DNA from: Nemertoderma westbladi
Taxonomy: Eukaryota; Animalia; Xenacoelomorpha
NCBI GenBank assembly: GCA_032718475.1
Contig: JAUCBJ010001486.1
Coordinates: 32,458 to 96,457, forward strand
DNA: 64,000 nt
Direction: 5' to 3'
A program made the translations under genes and the position numbers. Positions 1 to 12,706 of this stretch are shown in pieces. The notes under the pieces are model-generated. The model saw nothing but the letters and a program-made list of their open reading frames with translations, had not been told where the DNA came from and searched no databases. Each line of letters starts with the position of its first letter. Within the stretch, counting starts at the first letter, position 1.

Positions 1-1002
1 TTACCGGTCACTACAGTATTTTGCAACCTTATTGCTTACTGCAATAAGATCGTTAACTGTTACTGTTCGACAGAACAGTATTAAACTGTATTTAATGCCT
101 ACACTTGCAACCTTATTGCCTACTGCAATAAGATTATAACTGTTACTGTTCGCGCTTTTGAAGACCTTTAGCAGTTTAACCTGCCAAAATTTATATGTCT
201 TTTAGTTAATTAACACACCTTTAGCATACGACAATATTTTATGCTAATAAACAAATCATTAGCCGAAGCCAGCCCATGCGCGATCATTCACCCGATGGAT
301 CTACACCCGGGAGGCTGAATTCGGATGCTTAGATTTTATTATTGCAGTGTAAGGTTGCAGTGTAAGCCTACTGTATTATTCGATTGATCGCTAATATGTA
401 ATTTCTGACAGATATTATTAACTTTCGGGAAATATTAACAGTTCCTTTAGGACGTGGCGCTCTATCTATTTAAACAGAGCTAGGACTTATACTAAACGCA
501 ACGATAAGGCTTATGATTAAAGTATAAGTCGCATTCTTTAGGAAATGCTTTGTTACCAGTCACATCACACTCACAATCATGCACACTATTCTGCCGACCG
601 TCAGTATATTTGATCACACATAAAGAGAACAGCAATTGACTCAGGTAGTGTCTACTAAATAACATTAGATTCAATACACACCACATTGATATAAATCGCA
701 ATTGTTATATATAGCCCGCCTCTCTAACCTGTAGTGTATCAAGAAAATTGGGAATTTTGGGTGATTTATCCGTATTCTCCAAAGAGCAATATTTCCATCA
801 ACAAATAGATACAATTAATAACTGACGGTAAATAGCAGTACAAACAATATGATTAGTGCAGTTAAATTAAGTGAGGTAACACCGCCGGTAACAGTTATAC
901 TTTCTATAATCTAAGCAGTTTACTATAGTTCTTCCCAAAAAGCCGGTGTTTCTGGCTTAGACAGCAATAACAACAAAGTATCAAGTAAGGCAGTAAGACT
1001 GA

Positions 1003-3072
1003 ACACGTTCGTGGGGACTTCGCGCAGCACGAGGCCTAGTTATTATATACAAATTAAAATGCAGCGACTGTATCACAAAATCAGGTTTTGAGAAATTTAC
1101 CCACACCACCAATCAATCAAAGAAAGGTGGACAGTACGTGTTCACCCCTTTTAATCTCCCCCCCCCCCCCCCCCCCACCCTTCCCAACCACCAATACATA
1201 ACCGCGACATCTACCACCCACGGAAGGGTAGCACGAACTTATTTCCAATCGCACGTTAAATATGCAAAGCCAGGTGGTTTATAGGAATATAATAAACGCA
1301 GTACTCGTTTTCATTATAAGCCTCTTTGCGTTCGTCCTGTTTTGTATTTAAATATATTTCTTAAACGCAAGCTAGGACGATCTTTATAATAATAATAACT
1401 AGGGATGCGATCAATATGTGAAGCCAGGTGGTTTATATAATAATTTAGTCAACGCAGTACTCGTCTTCATTATATGCCTCGTTGCGCTCGTCGCTTGTCC
1501 TGTTTTGTCATAAAATATTTTTCCTAAACGCAGACTGACGATCTTTATACAGTTATAACTATGCGAAGTTTCGAAACTGTGCGAGTAACTGTTGATACAT
1601 CTATGTGGAGATGTGTGATATGTGGAGATGTGTGATACAACGCCAACGCATCTTATGCCGATGTAGTAATATGGGTATTGAAATAATATTAAATCAATGT
1701 ACACTCTTAAAGCTGCAGCGAAAAAATGTAGCTAATTTCCTAGGTTACATATAAAATAATAATATTATTTTTAAGAACATTAATTTTACTACTTTGCAAA
1801 AATTCAATTAAAAAATAACCAGACATATACATTGTGGAATAAATCTGTCATTTAACTGAGATAGCAATAGTAGTAATAGTCGAACGGTTATGCGGCCCGT
1901 CCAGCCTATAATAAACACAATTCAGTGATTGGGCTGAAATAGCAATACTGGTTGCCTCTATTACAATTCCTCTCAGGTTAGTCTACAGCCACAACTCCCA
2001 GCAGCTAGCTCCACACCAGCAGAGACTTGACCAATAATGGGAAGGATTAAATTTGTACTCAATAATTGTGCGGTTTAATTACGTTTAGATCAATTAAAGA
2101 CACATTTATTAAAGCAAATCACTTAAACTAATTAAAAACTATAATAGAATGGCGTATGGGGATTATATCTGTATAATTTTTAAGTATAATTATTTAAATC
2201 TTATACTGTAAAACAATTAATTTCCTTTAAAAGGCAGGTTGAAAATGGCGTTTTCACCGCAATCAACTTAATTAACTAATTAACTGCTATTATCTTAGCT
2301 TCTCGAAGGCCACACGGAAATTCTACTTGGAAAATTTCTAAACTTTTGCCAAACAACATGTGTACCAAGTTTGGATAGATTTCATCAAGGATTGGCCGAG
2401 TTATTAACGTTTAAAATTGAACACGACAGAACGACAGAACGACAGAACGACAGAACGACAGGTTGATTAATGGTACCACTACGCTAAGGCTCACTCACTT
2501 CGTGGCTCGCCCCACAATTCCTCTCAGGTTAGTCTACAGCCACAACTCCCAGCAGCTAGCTCCACACCAGCAGAGACTTGACCAATAATGGGAAGGATTA
2601 AATTTGTACTCAATAATTGTGCGGTTTAATTACGTTTAGATCAATTAAAGACACATTTATTAAAGCAAATCACTTAAACTAATTAAAAACTATAATAGAA
2701 TGGCGTATGGGGATTATATCTGTATAATTTTTAATTATAATTATTTAAATCTTATACTGTAAAACAATTAATTTCCTTTAAAAGGCAGGTTGAAAATGGC
2801 GTTTTCACCGCAATAAACTTAATTAACTAATTAACTGCTATTATCTTAGCTTCTCGAAGGCCACACGGAAATTCTACTTGGAAAATTTCTAAACTTTTGC
2901 CAAACAACATGTGTACCAAGTTTGGATAGATTTCATCAAAGATTGGCCGAGTTATTAACGTTTAAAATTGAACACGACAGAACGACAGAACGACAGAACG
3001 ACAGAACGACAGAACGACAGGTTGATTAATGGTACCACTACGCTAAGGCTCACTCACTTCGTGGCTCGCCCC
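1003..3072. mobile_element. Non-autonomous HINE/Helentron-like (DINE-1/pearl-like) element with a tandemly duplicated end
   Basis: Interrupts the LTR with no clear TSD (A|A junction). Termini ACACG..GTGGGGACTTCGCGCAGCACG and CTTCGTGGCTCGCCCC are shared with 32193-32713. Contains an (ACGACAGA)n microsatellite, a TGTACCAAGTTT core motif and ~155-bp internal direct repeats at 1260-1560. Confidence 0.65.
1963..3072. repeat. Near-perfect tandem duplication (1963-2513, 2514-3072)
   Basis: Two ~550-bp copies beginning ACAATTCCTCTCAGG and ending GGCTCGCCCC; the second has one extra ACGACAGA unit. Confidence 0.95.
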
Positions 3073-3504
3073 ACACTCTCCTTATGATCGGCTGAAAAGC
3101 TACACGTCGACAGGAAAAATCGCTCTGATTGGCTCAAGCCAAACAAAGAACTATGCATCCAATGGCTGTTTCCATGTCAGCAACCAGCTGTTAGATGTCG
3201 TAATATGAATCATCACGGCTAAGCTGTGAAAGGTAGTTGGTGCATTACAGGTTTTTTGCCTTACCATGTCCGCCAAAACACGTATATAGCAGAATGACTT
3301 TTATGTCCGTTAAAACACCTGTAACGGTACCTTGCGGGCGAGGGGAATATATATACAGTTAGAGAACCCTTTTAGAGTATTCCAGCGCCTGGGGGAAACT
3401 GGATTGCGAAGCAAAAGGGGCCAGTTATATCCCACAGAAGCTTTTACAGTAATATATCATATTTTTAAATTTCTTCAGTTAATTTAAATTATTATCATTT
3501 TCAG

Positions 3505-4268
3505 GGTATTTTTTCCTGGTGCAGAAATCATTCTCAATCGCTTCGATCGTCCTCACTGTTATTATAATTCGTCTCCAACATAGATGCCACACGTGTTACG
3601 AGTTCCCCCAACATCTGCGTGGGATATTCTTCAACAAGTTGGCCCCGTGGTTCGGTGTTCAACTTCCTCCTGTTGTCATTCAAAGAGCCCGCGCAAAACG
3701 AGAGAGAACGAGACGCCAATCATTTGTCACCAAATCTGATGAAGTCCAGGCAACCATACAACGCCGTCTTAGTATAAAAGTTGATAATACTGATGACGTT
3801 AGTACTGATGATACTGGGGAGGCGAATTTCAACATCTCTGAGCGCAAACATTCGTCGCGGACAACGTGTAAAGGAAAACTACATAACAGACATAATATAT
3901 TCCGGTTACATAAAAGTATAAAAGAAAAGATAAATACCAGCTTAGTTTCTCGGAAGTACACCAAAAAGAACTCACCAAAGAAAGTGAACCTCAGTGAATA
4001 TTCGCCTATTCCAGAGATAAGACGATGTAATATTCTAGACAATGATTCGTCCAGTTATTTGCTTTCACAAGCTTACGAATTGGTGAAGAATGTTGAGTTG
4101 ATGGCAGCTATGGCTAGTTCAACACCAACTGTTAATGAAATGGAATGGACCATCAGTGCTTGTATTCTAGAACGGATTGTTGGTTTATTATTCGCTATAT
4201 TTTCTGTTGGGACAGCTATTGGAATACTAACTGTTGCGTCATTGAGTCAGTATAAATGTTTAGGTTAG
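3505..4268 (+). CDS. Terminal exon of a Cys-loop ligand-gated ion channel (nicotinic acetylcholine receptor-like) subunit: M3, cytoplasmic loop, M4
   Basis: Acceptor TCATTTTCAG at 3495-3504. The frame reads YFFLVQKSFSIASIVLTVIIIRLQHR..EFPQHLRGIFFNKLAPW (M3 + MX helix pattern) and EWTISACILERIVGLLFAIFSVGTAIGIL (EW..A..DR M4 pattern). Upstream exons lie outside the window. Confidence 0.85.
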
Positions 4269-6450
4269 CTGCAAGTTCAGAAGCCTTTCTGTCGAAAAAC
4301 TGAAAACGAGGGCAATAATATTTATTTATTTCTTGGTAAATAAAATGTAGAACATTATTTTACTATTACTTTACTTTACTATTTTACTATTTTACTATAT
4401 ACACGATATATTTACCAAGTGTAGCGATGTTAATACAATCAGATTATTAGTAGGCAAATAGCCAGAGCCAATCAGAAGCCTTGGTTAACTAAACCAATCA
4501 CACAGTAAGCCCTCCCAATCTCCGTTAGATCACTACTGGGTACACAGTACCAAAAGTAAGTACCAAAAAAAAAATGTATAAAAAGGATTCAACTTAATGT
4601 AAAAACTCAACTCTAGTATCGTAACGAAATTCAGATTTTGATAACAATTTTGGACTACTTACAACGTCACCCTCCCCACCTATACCAACAAAGCATTGTA
4701 GAAATAACTGCGTGAAAATATTTGTAGAAACATTGGGTGGAAGGAATAATTACGACACTATATTCCAGGATATGGTGTATAGCGTGACCTGAATACTGTA
4801 ATTTACACATCCCCCGTGAGGGCACGCCCCAACCAAAGAGTCTCGAGTGAGCGAAAGTTGTACTACTGTATCTTGCAATGTTTTCTATGAATTTTCGTGA
4901 GAAAAATAGGATTTTTCATAAAAATTATTATTTATTTCATGGGAAAAAAGTAGAACGTTTTTCATTATTCACGAAGAATTTTATTTACCGGGCGCTAGCG
5001 AGGTTAATAAAGGGTCGAGAGAATATTGAAAAAAAAATGTTCTACTTTTTTTCCTATGTAATACGTAATTTTATTCTTAAATTTGTACTTTTATGTTACT
5101 CAATTCTTCAATAAAAGATAGAGTGTTATTAAATATATTGAACTGTAGTATTTACTATATTGCTTCCATAGTTACTGCGATTCAAATTACTGTACTCTTC
5201 AACTCCTGATGCTGCCATTAAATAATTTATTGTTCTCGAATATTTATTTAGAGAGCCGCTTAATAAGGTAACTAAGGTTGTAATAACTTTTGAGTGTGTG
5301 CATGGATTTTTCTCAAATTACGTGCAAATCTTTTCTACTTCGATGCTTTTTCAACACCATGTAATACAATTTAGGAAAATCCACCAAAAATATTTTATTT
5401 TACTTGTTCGCCGTGAAAAAAGTAAAATCAATGCCATCCTATGGGTTATTTTTTTCCCTAGGCAAAAAAGTGAAAATTTTTATCCCCATTTTGGAGTATG
5501 TTCGAGCGAAAACGTAAAAATTTAAGAATAAAATATATAATTATATTCTGATTACAGTTCTCAAAACTACCCGGTGGTATAGAATTATTAAACAACATTT
5601 TTTTTCCCATTGTGCAGGCCATGTGTCATGTTACTTTCGCCTGGTTGAGGTTCAATGGTGGCATTCCTCTGCCACCTTTGACCCCCCAGGGTTTAGCGCA
5701 TATGACAAGACCAAGCAGTAGATGAAAAATCAGCTGACTACGAGTATCATGCAAAGAACTCAGTTATCATTGCAGATGAAGTCTTGTTGGATAGAATATC
5801 GTCCAACTGTTGGACTGTTGGTCAGCTTGTACCGCACGTACCGCACATTTGCGAACGAGTGCGTTAAGTTGCGGAATGCTCGGCTTGGTCTGCCCTACGA
5901 TGACATCATGATGCTGGTCCAATCGTAGTCCGTGAGGATGGCTCGACTGCTATAGCTTATGGCCAAGCTCAACCCAATCCTGATGTCGGGCCCCAACAAT
6001 GTAACACACAATGCCTTTCAAAGCTCAGAATGAGGTGATTCACGCCATTGCCACATGTCCTCATCAAGGATCTCATCGCCAAAGTCAACGGCTCAAGCTA
6101 CATTGCCATGCTGGATGACAAGACGGATGTGAGCTCCACACAGCAGATTATGCCAGTCTGTGTATGGTTTACTGATGGGAACAACAGCACGGTAAGTTTC
6201 TTTGCTCCGTGCAGGTCAGTTATGGATTTCACTGGCCCAAGGGTACGATTTGTATCGACTACGATGTCCGTCCAGTCACCTTAAAGGTGTCTTAACCTCG
6301 AATGATAAGTTTATTTTACCGAAAATAACTTATCTTTTATTGGCGCAATTGTAGGACTAATCCCATCACATGCGTACTTTTTAACCGGGTAGTGTACAAA
6401 TTTAAGAATCGCGTAATTTTTATTGAAATTAATATCTCATATCTCTCCAA

Positions 6451-6493
6451 ACCACGTACGCGTTTCGACCTTACTGGGTCTCATCAGCGTGGT
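6451..6493 (-). ncRNA. Minimal type I hammerhead ribozyme (Penelope-type)
   Basis: Minus strand ACCACG-CUGAUGA-GACC-cagtaa-GGUC-GAAA-CGCG-UA-CGUGGU: 6-bp stem I, 4-bp stem II, intact core, short palindromic stem III, GUA cleavage triplet. A degenerate inverted copy (CTGTTGA) lies at 6503-6535. Confidence 0.9.
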
Positions 6494-6649
6494 GTCGTCG
6501 ACACCACGCTGTTGAGACCCAGTAAGATCGAAACATAGGGATTAGTCCTACAATTGCGCCAATAAAAGATAATAATAATAATAATAATAAGTTATTTTCG
6601 GTAAAATAAACTTATCATTCGAGGTTAAGACCCTTAGATCCCTTCCTAT

Positions 6650-7331
6650 TGAAAGTCCTCAGCAAGTCTCTGATCGGATGAGCATAAGCTCAAAGGATGG
6701 TATGCTTGAGCATGTGGACGACTTCTGTTACCTGGGAGCATGGATCCGGAAGTCAGGTGAGGACCTTCGAATACGTAAGGGAAAGGCATGGGCAGCCTTG
6801 AATAGGCTTTCCAGGATTTGGAAGTCACCGAGAATTAATCGGAAACTTAAGGTCCGATTATTTAGAGCAGCAGTAGTTCCAGTACTCCTCTACGGGAGTC
6901 CATGCTGGGCTCTAACTGCTGAGGACACCAAATCTCTGGATGGCACATTCACAAGAATGCTACGCCGGGTACATTGTGTCAAGTACAATGCACACATCTC
7001 CAACCAGACACTATATAACATTGGAGGTGTCTCATTGGTTCCCCCAAGCTTGACACTAGAACAAAATCGCCTCCGCTTTGCAGGACATTGCTTTCGCCGT
7101 GAGGACCAGCCAGTGCATAATCTTGTACTTTGGCAGCCTCATGGAGTGAATAAGCATGGTGGACAGCCCATGACTTTCTTGAGACGCATCTTAAAGGACA
7201 CTGGCCTTAAAGATGCGGATGAACTAGCAAATGTCATGGGTGATAGGGAGTTGTGGCGGTGCAATTTTGTTGACAAGCCGGCACAGCATTCTTAAAAATG
7301 CAGCTGCAATGCAGCATGCCGATCCTAGTAG
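6650..7331 (+). mobile_element. 5'-truncated RTE-clade LINE (RT C-terminal part)
   Basis: ORF 6678-7295 with VDDFCYLGAWI, VPVLLYGSPCW and RLRFAGHCFR; TAGTAG tail; 11-bp TSD TCCCTTCCTAT (6639-6649, 7332-7342). Confidence 0.9.
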
Positions 7332-7871
7332 TCCCTTCCTATAATAAATGTATAATAACAAACACCTCGAAAATTACAGCATGCCAACACATTGTTACTA
7401 TCAATAATCCTTAAAGGTGTGCAACTGTTGATTAGGAAGCAGTTCGGAAAGACTCTCGCCATCTATCGTTGGATGAGATGAGCTCATGGGGAGTGATTGT
7501 GGAAGCAAATCCCATAATTATGTGAAACTGCTCAAGGGTATAAAGTATAGTATCGTAACATTCGTAATGGTGATTGTAAGGACTGGTGAAACAGATTTTC
7601 GACTGGACATTGTAGAAATTGCTATTCGCAATTTGGTTGACACTTAATAGGGGGATATTATGCTGATACCGGCATATTAGCAGGAACATGCACCATATGT
7701 TTAGGTGTAGAACTGTCACTGTTAGCGCTTTTTAAATATTTCACACTGTTGTCATTAAAGTGATAATTGAATGTACCGACATACTGACTAACAGGGTTTT
7801 TTAAATGTATATATTAACTTAAAAGTAAACACAAGATTCTTACACCCCTTAAACTACAAAAAAATATAGAA

Positions 7872-7934
7872 TCAGGACATTAAAGCCCAAAATACTCTCC
7901 AGTCTGGAAAGTATTTTGGGCTTTAATGTCCTGA
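7872..7934. repeat. Near-perfect 63-bp palindrome
   Basis: TCAGGACATTAAAGCCCAAAATACTCTCCAG-T-CTGGAAAGTATTTTGGGCTTTAATGTCCTGA, one mismatch. Confidence 0.9.
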
Positions 7935-8329
7935 ATTAATTATTTTTGCTCTAGTCCTACCTCTTCACGGCGACAAAATTGTCCTATATATTTCTTATAG
8001 AATATAGGCTTAGCTTTCGTGCAGTTTATTACTGGTATCATTTAGTGTATGGCGGTTAGGTTTTAGGCTTGCATTTAGTTTTATTACAGCCATACCCATA
8101 CAAGTGTAAAAATAATGCTCTCTGGCCTGTACATTTCCTTATAAAGTTAGACAACAATATTCAATCAATTAATTTAAAATTGTCGATCTAAAAATTGTTT
8201 AATTTATTATAATTAGAGACCGTTAGGGCTTCTTGTTGTCAAAAAACATATGTTTGTTTGTTTGTCTGTGTGTGTGCGTGCACATTGATATTGGCTTGGA
8301 AGAGAACCTGTTCTACATGTTGGGATGTC

Positions 8330-11190
8330 AAGTATATGTGGAGGTTTAACTCTGTCTTCGTTCAATCCAAACCATCACCCCATCATCATAATGATGATCT
8401 AAGGACATGCGTAGAACATAGTCAAGCACAATTATGAACAAGAATGGTGCAAGTGCGTCTCTCTGGAGGACGCCCCATAACACTTCAAATGGTTATGTGT
8501 CACTGTCAACAGTAGACACAAATGTTGTCGAACCATCGTATACTGATCTGATTGCTGCAATAATTTCATCAGGAATCCCATATAATGAAAGTATGCTGAA
8601 CATACGTGAGCGAGAGACTGAATCAAAGGCCTTGAAGAAGTCAACAAAGATAACAGCCAGATGCCTGTCTTTCTTTTTTGATAACTCTTCAAGTATCCTT
8701 CTAAGTGCCAAAATGGGCTCCATGGTCCCACGACCTTTACGGAACCCATTCTGATTTCCACGGAGCAGTCTCTCAATGGGATCCCTGATGCGTTTATTAT
8801 AATTCTATTGTATAGCTTTGCAGCAATTGAGATCAATGAGATTCTCCGAAAAGAACCATAGTGTTAGGTTGCCCTTCTTGGGAACTGGCACCACTTTGTT
8901 TTTATTTCTTGTGGGACTCTTGTTGATCGGTACATGTCTACTAAGATGGGATAGATGAGCTTTAAACACTCAGGTATTTCAAAGACCCAGGGGGAACACC
9001 ATCTACTCCACTGGCACGATTGGTCTTAATGCTCTTTGCAGCAACCTTCACTTCTGCAAAGGAGATATCGACAATGGGAATATCTGGGAGTACAGACTCA
9101 GACACTTTTACTTCTTTAAAGTTATCAGGCAATACCCTGTCATTATTGAGGAGCTTTTCAAATTGGGCCTTCCAACCATTGAGGTGATTCAGCATTAACC
9201 TTGGTGGTTGGTTGGCTTTTCCGACCAGTAAGCAAATTGATCGATTTCCATGCCTTGGATGATTTCCTGCTGTCGTCAGCATCATTGATGGCAACAACCT
9301 GCTGGTTTATTAGCTCCTGTAGATTAACAGAGTACTGCCTGTTCAGGGACCTAGATGCAGCCTCAACTGCATTCTTTGCCGCTGTAGTCTTTTGAGTCGG
9401 GACTCTTTCTGCGCCTTATAGAGGTCATTTCGGCACTTCTGAATTTTGTTGTCAGTCCAGGGGGCCCTTTTCCTGTTTCGAGGGTATACAGGAACTGTTT
9501 CTGCAGCTTAAACTTAACTGCTTCTGTGAAGGCAGTATAGCCCTCACAGTGATCTGCCGCCTCAGAGGCAAGAACCTCATACCTGTTGCTCAGCTGTAGT
9601 GTGAAGCTGGATCTCACACTTGGCTGTTGCAACAGAGAGGACCAGTCATGCCGCGACAAGGCAGATTTCATTGTTCTGCTAGCACGCAGACTAAGTCTTA
9701 CCTTGGCCACAATAAGGCAGTGATCGCTGGAGAAAGGTCGAAGTGTAAATGCATTACAGTCTTGTATAGAGCTCCTGTATTTCCTACGAAACAGAATATG
9801 GTCTATCTGGGACTTGTGACCACTGGGTCCACTATGAGTCCATAGCTTTCCAGTTCGCATCTTGAACTGGGTTCCAGCCGAAAACAATCCATTTCCAGAG
9901 ATAAAATCCTGAAGATGGACGGAATTTCGGTTAACACTATTGCTATAGACCCAGGGCGATGTAGGTGATTGATGCAAACTTGCATTAAAGTCTCCCAGGA
10001 ATGCTAAGAATGCATGCTGATCCACTCCATCAGTAGCTGCTTGTAGATTGTGGTAGAAATTCTCCACCTCCTCTACAGGGGCAACACTAGTTGGAGAGTA
10101 GCACACAATCAGAACCACCATAGGAAACTTCTTAACCAGTCTTCCAGAACATGAGAAGTGGCAACCGATGATGCGGTTAGAGATTTGGTCTATTTTGTCC
10201 AATGCCGCATGTGCAGTTGGATTCATCAATAGACCAATTCCACTATTGCCACAATCATCTGCTGCCGCGAGGGCGAGTCACCAACCGCCTCCATGTCCTT
10301 AATCAGAACCTCATCAGTCTGTCCAGTCTGCATTCGGTGCTCTTGAACACCCACTGCGCTAAGAGAAACGTTATCTGCCAAGACAGTCAGCTCACATTGT
10401 CAAATTGGGGATCCGAATGTTAGGGTGTTTACTGAGGCTAGTCTAGTGACTTGCCTCAGATTCACCAATGGCTTTGTTGGTCGGGGTGGAACATGAGAGT
10501 AGCCTCCAACTCCAGAATCCCTCTCCCCCTCACAATCTGGCCTCCCTGGTGACCCAGGGATTGGGCCAGAAAGGTCATCAGGAAAGGGACTCAAAGAATT
10601 GTTGGCTGCTCTCCCTCCAGTAGGGGGTGAGACAGGCAGCCGGTCAGGAGATAACTGACGCCTGTGAGGCCGATTGTGTCCGGTAATTCCACCGGTAATT
10701 CCGCATTACTAATGTAATCCAAAGTGGGGGTTGGGGGGTGCTTTTTTGCCGAGTCAGTTCTCGGGGCAAATACCACACCCTGGTTTGCCATTCCACAGGG
10801 TGGGTGTCGCAGCGGAGTCAGATATGAGGCCCATGACCCATATCTACTCTGGCGCACATGACCCACCATTGGCTGTGCAGCTCATCTGCTGGGTCATGCC
10901 CTGTACCCCTGCTGCCAGGTACAGGTCGCAGTGAAGTGCACTCAGAGTGGACATGAGAACACTCTACTCCTGACCAGCCATTGGTAGATCACCATCTGCC
11001 TGGCCAGGCCATATACCCCTGCAGCCAAGTATATGGGTCCTTAATCCAGGACCAAGGGTGTCCTTACCCCAGAACGAAGTGGGTCTTAGTTACAGGGCCA
11101 GATTTGCCCTAGTAAGAGGGTCTATGCAGCTACAGGTGGCACCTACTTTATGCTGCATGGAGGTGGCAAGTTTTCTCGATCAATGACCTA
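8330..11190 (-). mobile_element. Degenerate RTE-clade LINE with 5' UTR, APE endonuclease and N-terminal RT; 3' end lost
   Basis: Frameshifted ORF pieces: YSPT, LGDFNA, QIDHIL and SDH (APE, 9363-10229); RASGVDGVP (8962-9297); FVDFFKAFDSVSR (8493-8723); GVLQRDALAPFLF near 8430-8476. Confidence 0.9.
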
Positions 11191-11215
11191 GAAAACCTGA
11201 CCTAACCTGACCTGA

Positions 11216-12706
11216 GGACCAAATCCACGAACAAGGACCAAATCCATGAACAAGGACCAAATCAATGAACAAGGACCAAATCCACGAACAGGGACCAAAT
11301 CCAAAATCAAGAACCAAATCCATGACCAAAGTTCAAATCCACGAACAAGGACCAAATCGACGAACATGGACCAACTCAAAATCCAGGAACAAGGACCAAA
11401 TCCACGAACATGAAACAACCCCATGAACAAGGACCAAATCCACGAACAATGACCAAATCCATGAACAAGGACCAAATCCTCGAACAAGGACCAAATCTAC
11501 AAACAAGGACCAAATCCATAAACTTGGACTAAACCCATGATCTAGGATCAAATCCACGAACAAGGACCAAATCCACGAATATGGACCAAATCCATGAACA
11601 AGGACCAACCCCATGAACAAGGACCATATCCAGGAACAAGGACCAAATCCACGAACAAGAAACAACCCCATGAACAAGGACCAAATCCACGAACAATGAC
11701 CAAATCCATGAACAAGGACCAAATCCACGAACATGGACCAAATCCACAAACATGGACCAAATCAACGAACAAGGACCAAATCTACGAACAAGTATCAATT
11801 CCACGAACAAGAACCAAATCCATGAACATGGACTAAACCCATGAAGAAGGACCAAATCCATGATGACGAACCAAATCCATGAACAAGGACCAAAACCACG
11901 AACAAGGACCAAATACCACGAACAAGGACCAAATCCACCAACAAGGACCAAATCCACAAACAAGGAGCAAATCCACGAACATGGACCAAATCCACGAACA
12001 TGGACCAAATCCACGAACAAGGCCAAATCCATGAACAAGGACCAAATCCACGAACAAGGGCCAAATCCACGAACAAGGACCAAATCCATGAACAATGATC
12101 AAATCCATGAACAAGGACCAAATCCATGAACATGGACCAAATCCACGAACAAGGATCAACCCCATGAATAAGGACAAAATCCTTGAACAAGGACCAAATC
12201 CACGAACATGGACCAACCCCATGAACAAGAACCAAATCCATGAACAAGGACCAAATCCACGAACAAGGACCAAATCCACGAACAAGGTCCAAATCCATGA
12301 ACAAGGACCAAATCCACGAACATGGACCAACCCCATGAACAAGGACCAAATCCACGAACATGGACCAACCCCATGAACAAGAACCAAATCCATGAACAAG
12401 GACCAAATCCACGAACATGGACCAACCCCATGAACAAGAACCAAATCCATGAACAAGGACCAAATCCACGAACAAGGACCAAATCCACGAACAAGGTCCA
12501 AATCCATGAACAAGGACCAAATCCATGAACATGGACCAAATCCATGAACAAGGACTAAATCTACAAACAAGAATCAAATCCACGAACAAGGAACAAATCC
12601 ATGAACAAGGACCAAATCCATGAACAAGGACCAAATCCACAAACAAGGATCAAATCCACGAACAAGGAACAAATCCACGAACAAGGACCAAATCCATGAA
12701 CAAGGA
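11216..12706. repeat. 19-bp minisatellite (GGACCAAATCCAYGAACAA)n
   Basis: Direct reading of tandem units; explains the repetitive spurious ORFs on both strands. Confidence 0.97.

Larger units (their letters stand above)
1..3448 (-). mobile_element. BEL/Pao retrotransposon copy C: 5' LTR (147-3448, interrupted by the 1003-3072 insertion) plus start of the 5' leader; element continues left of the window
   Basis: 147-1002 and 3073-3448 are collinear with the LTRs at 49053-50327 and 61804-63083 (e.g. CGCGCTTTTGAAGACCTTTAGCAG...CCCACAGAAGCTTTTACA). 1-146 resembles the leader at 61745-61803. Confidence 0.88.
6291..7408. mobile_element. Penelope-like pLTR-derived fold-back insertion with hammerhead; contains a nested RTE LINE
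   Basis: Flanked by the 12-bp direct repeat CCTTAAAGGTGT (6279-6290, 7409-7420). Arms ~6289-6364 and ~6538-6631 are inverted repeats around two inverted hammerhead copies. Confidence 0.7.
6030..7470 (+). pseudogene. Degenerate hAT transposase fragment split by the 6291-7420 insertion
   Basis: YIAMLDDKTDVSSTQQIMPVCVWF resembles the hAT DETTDxSxxEQ motif. Sequence resembling GQGYD..TMS follows, and after removing the insert and one TSD copy the frame reads LKGVQLLIRKQ. Confidence 0.65.

Noticed and set aside
6650-11190. RTE pieces at 6650-7331 (+) and 8330-11190 (-) as one inverted element
   Set aside because: The plus-strand piece has its own 11-bp TSD and tail, so it is an independent insertion.
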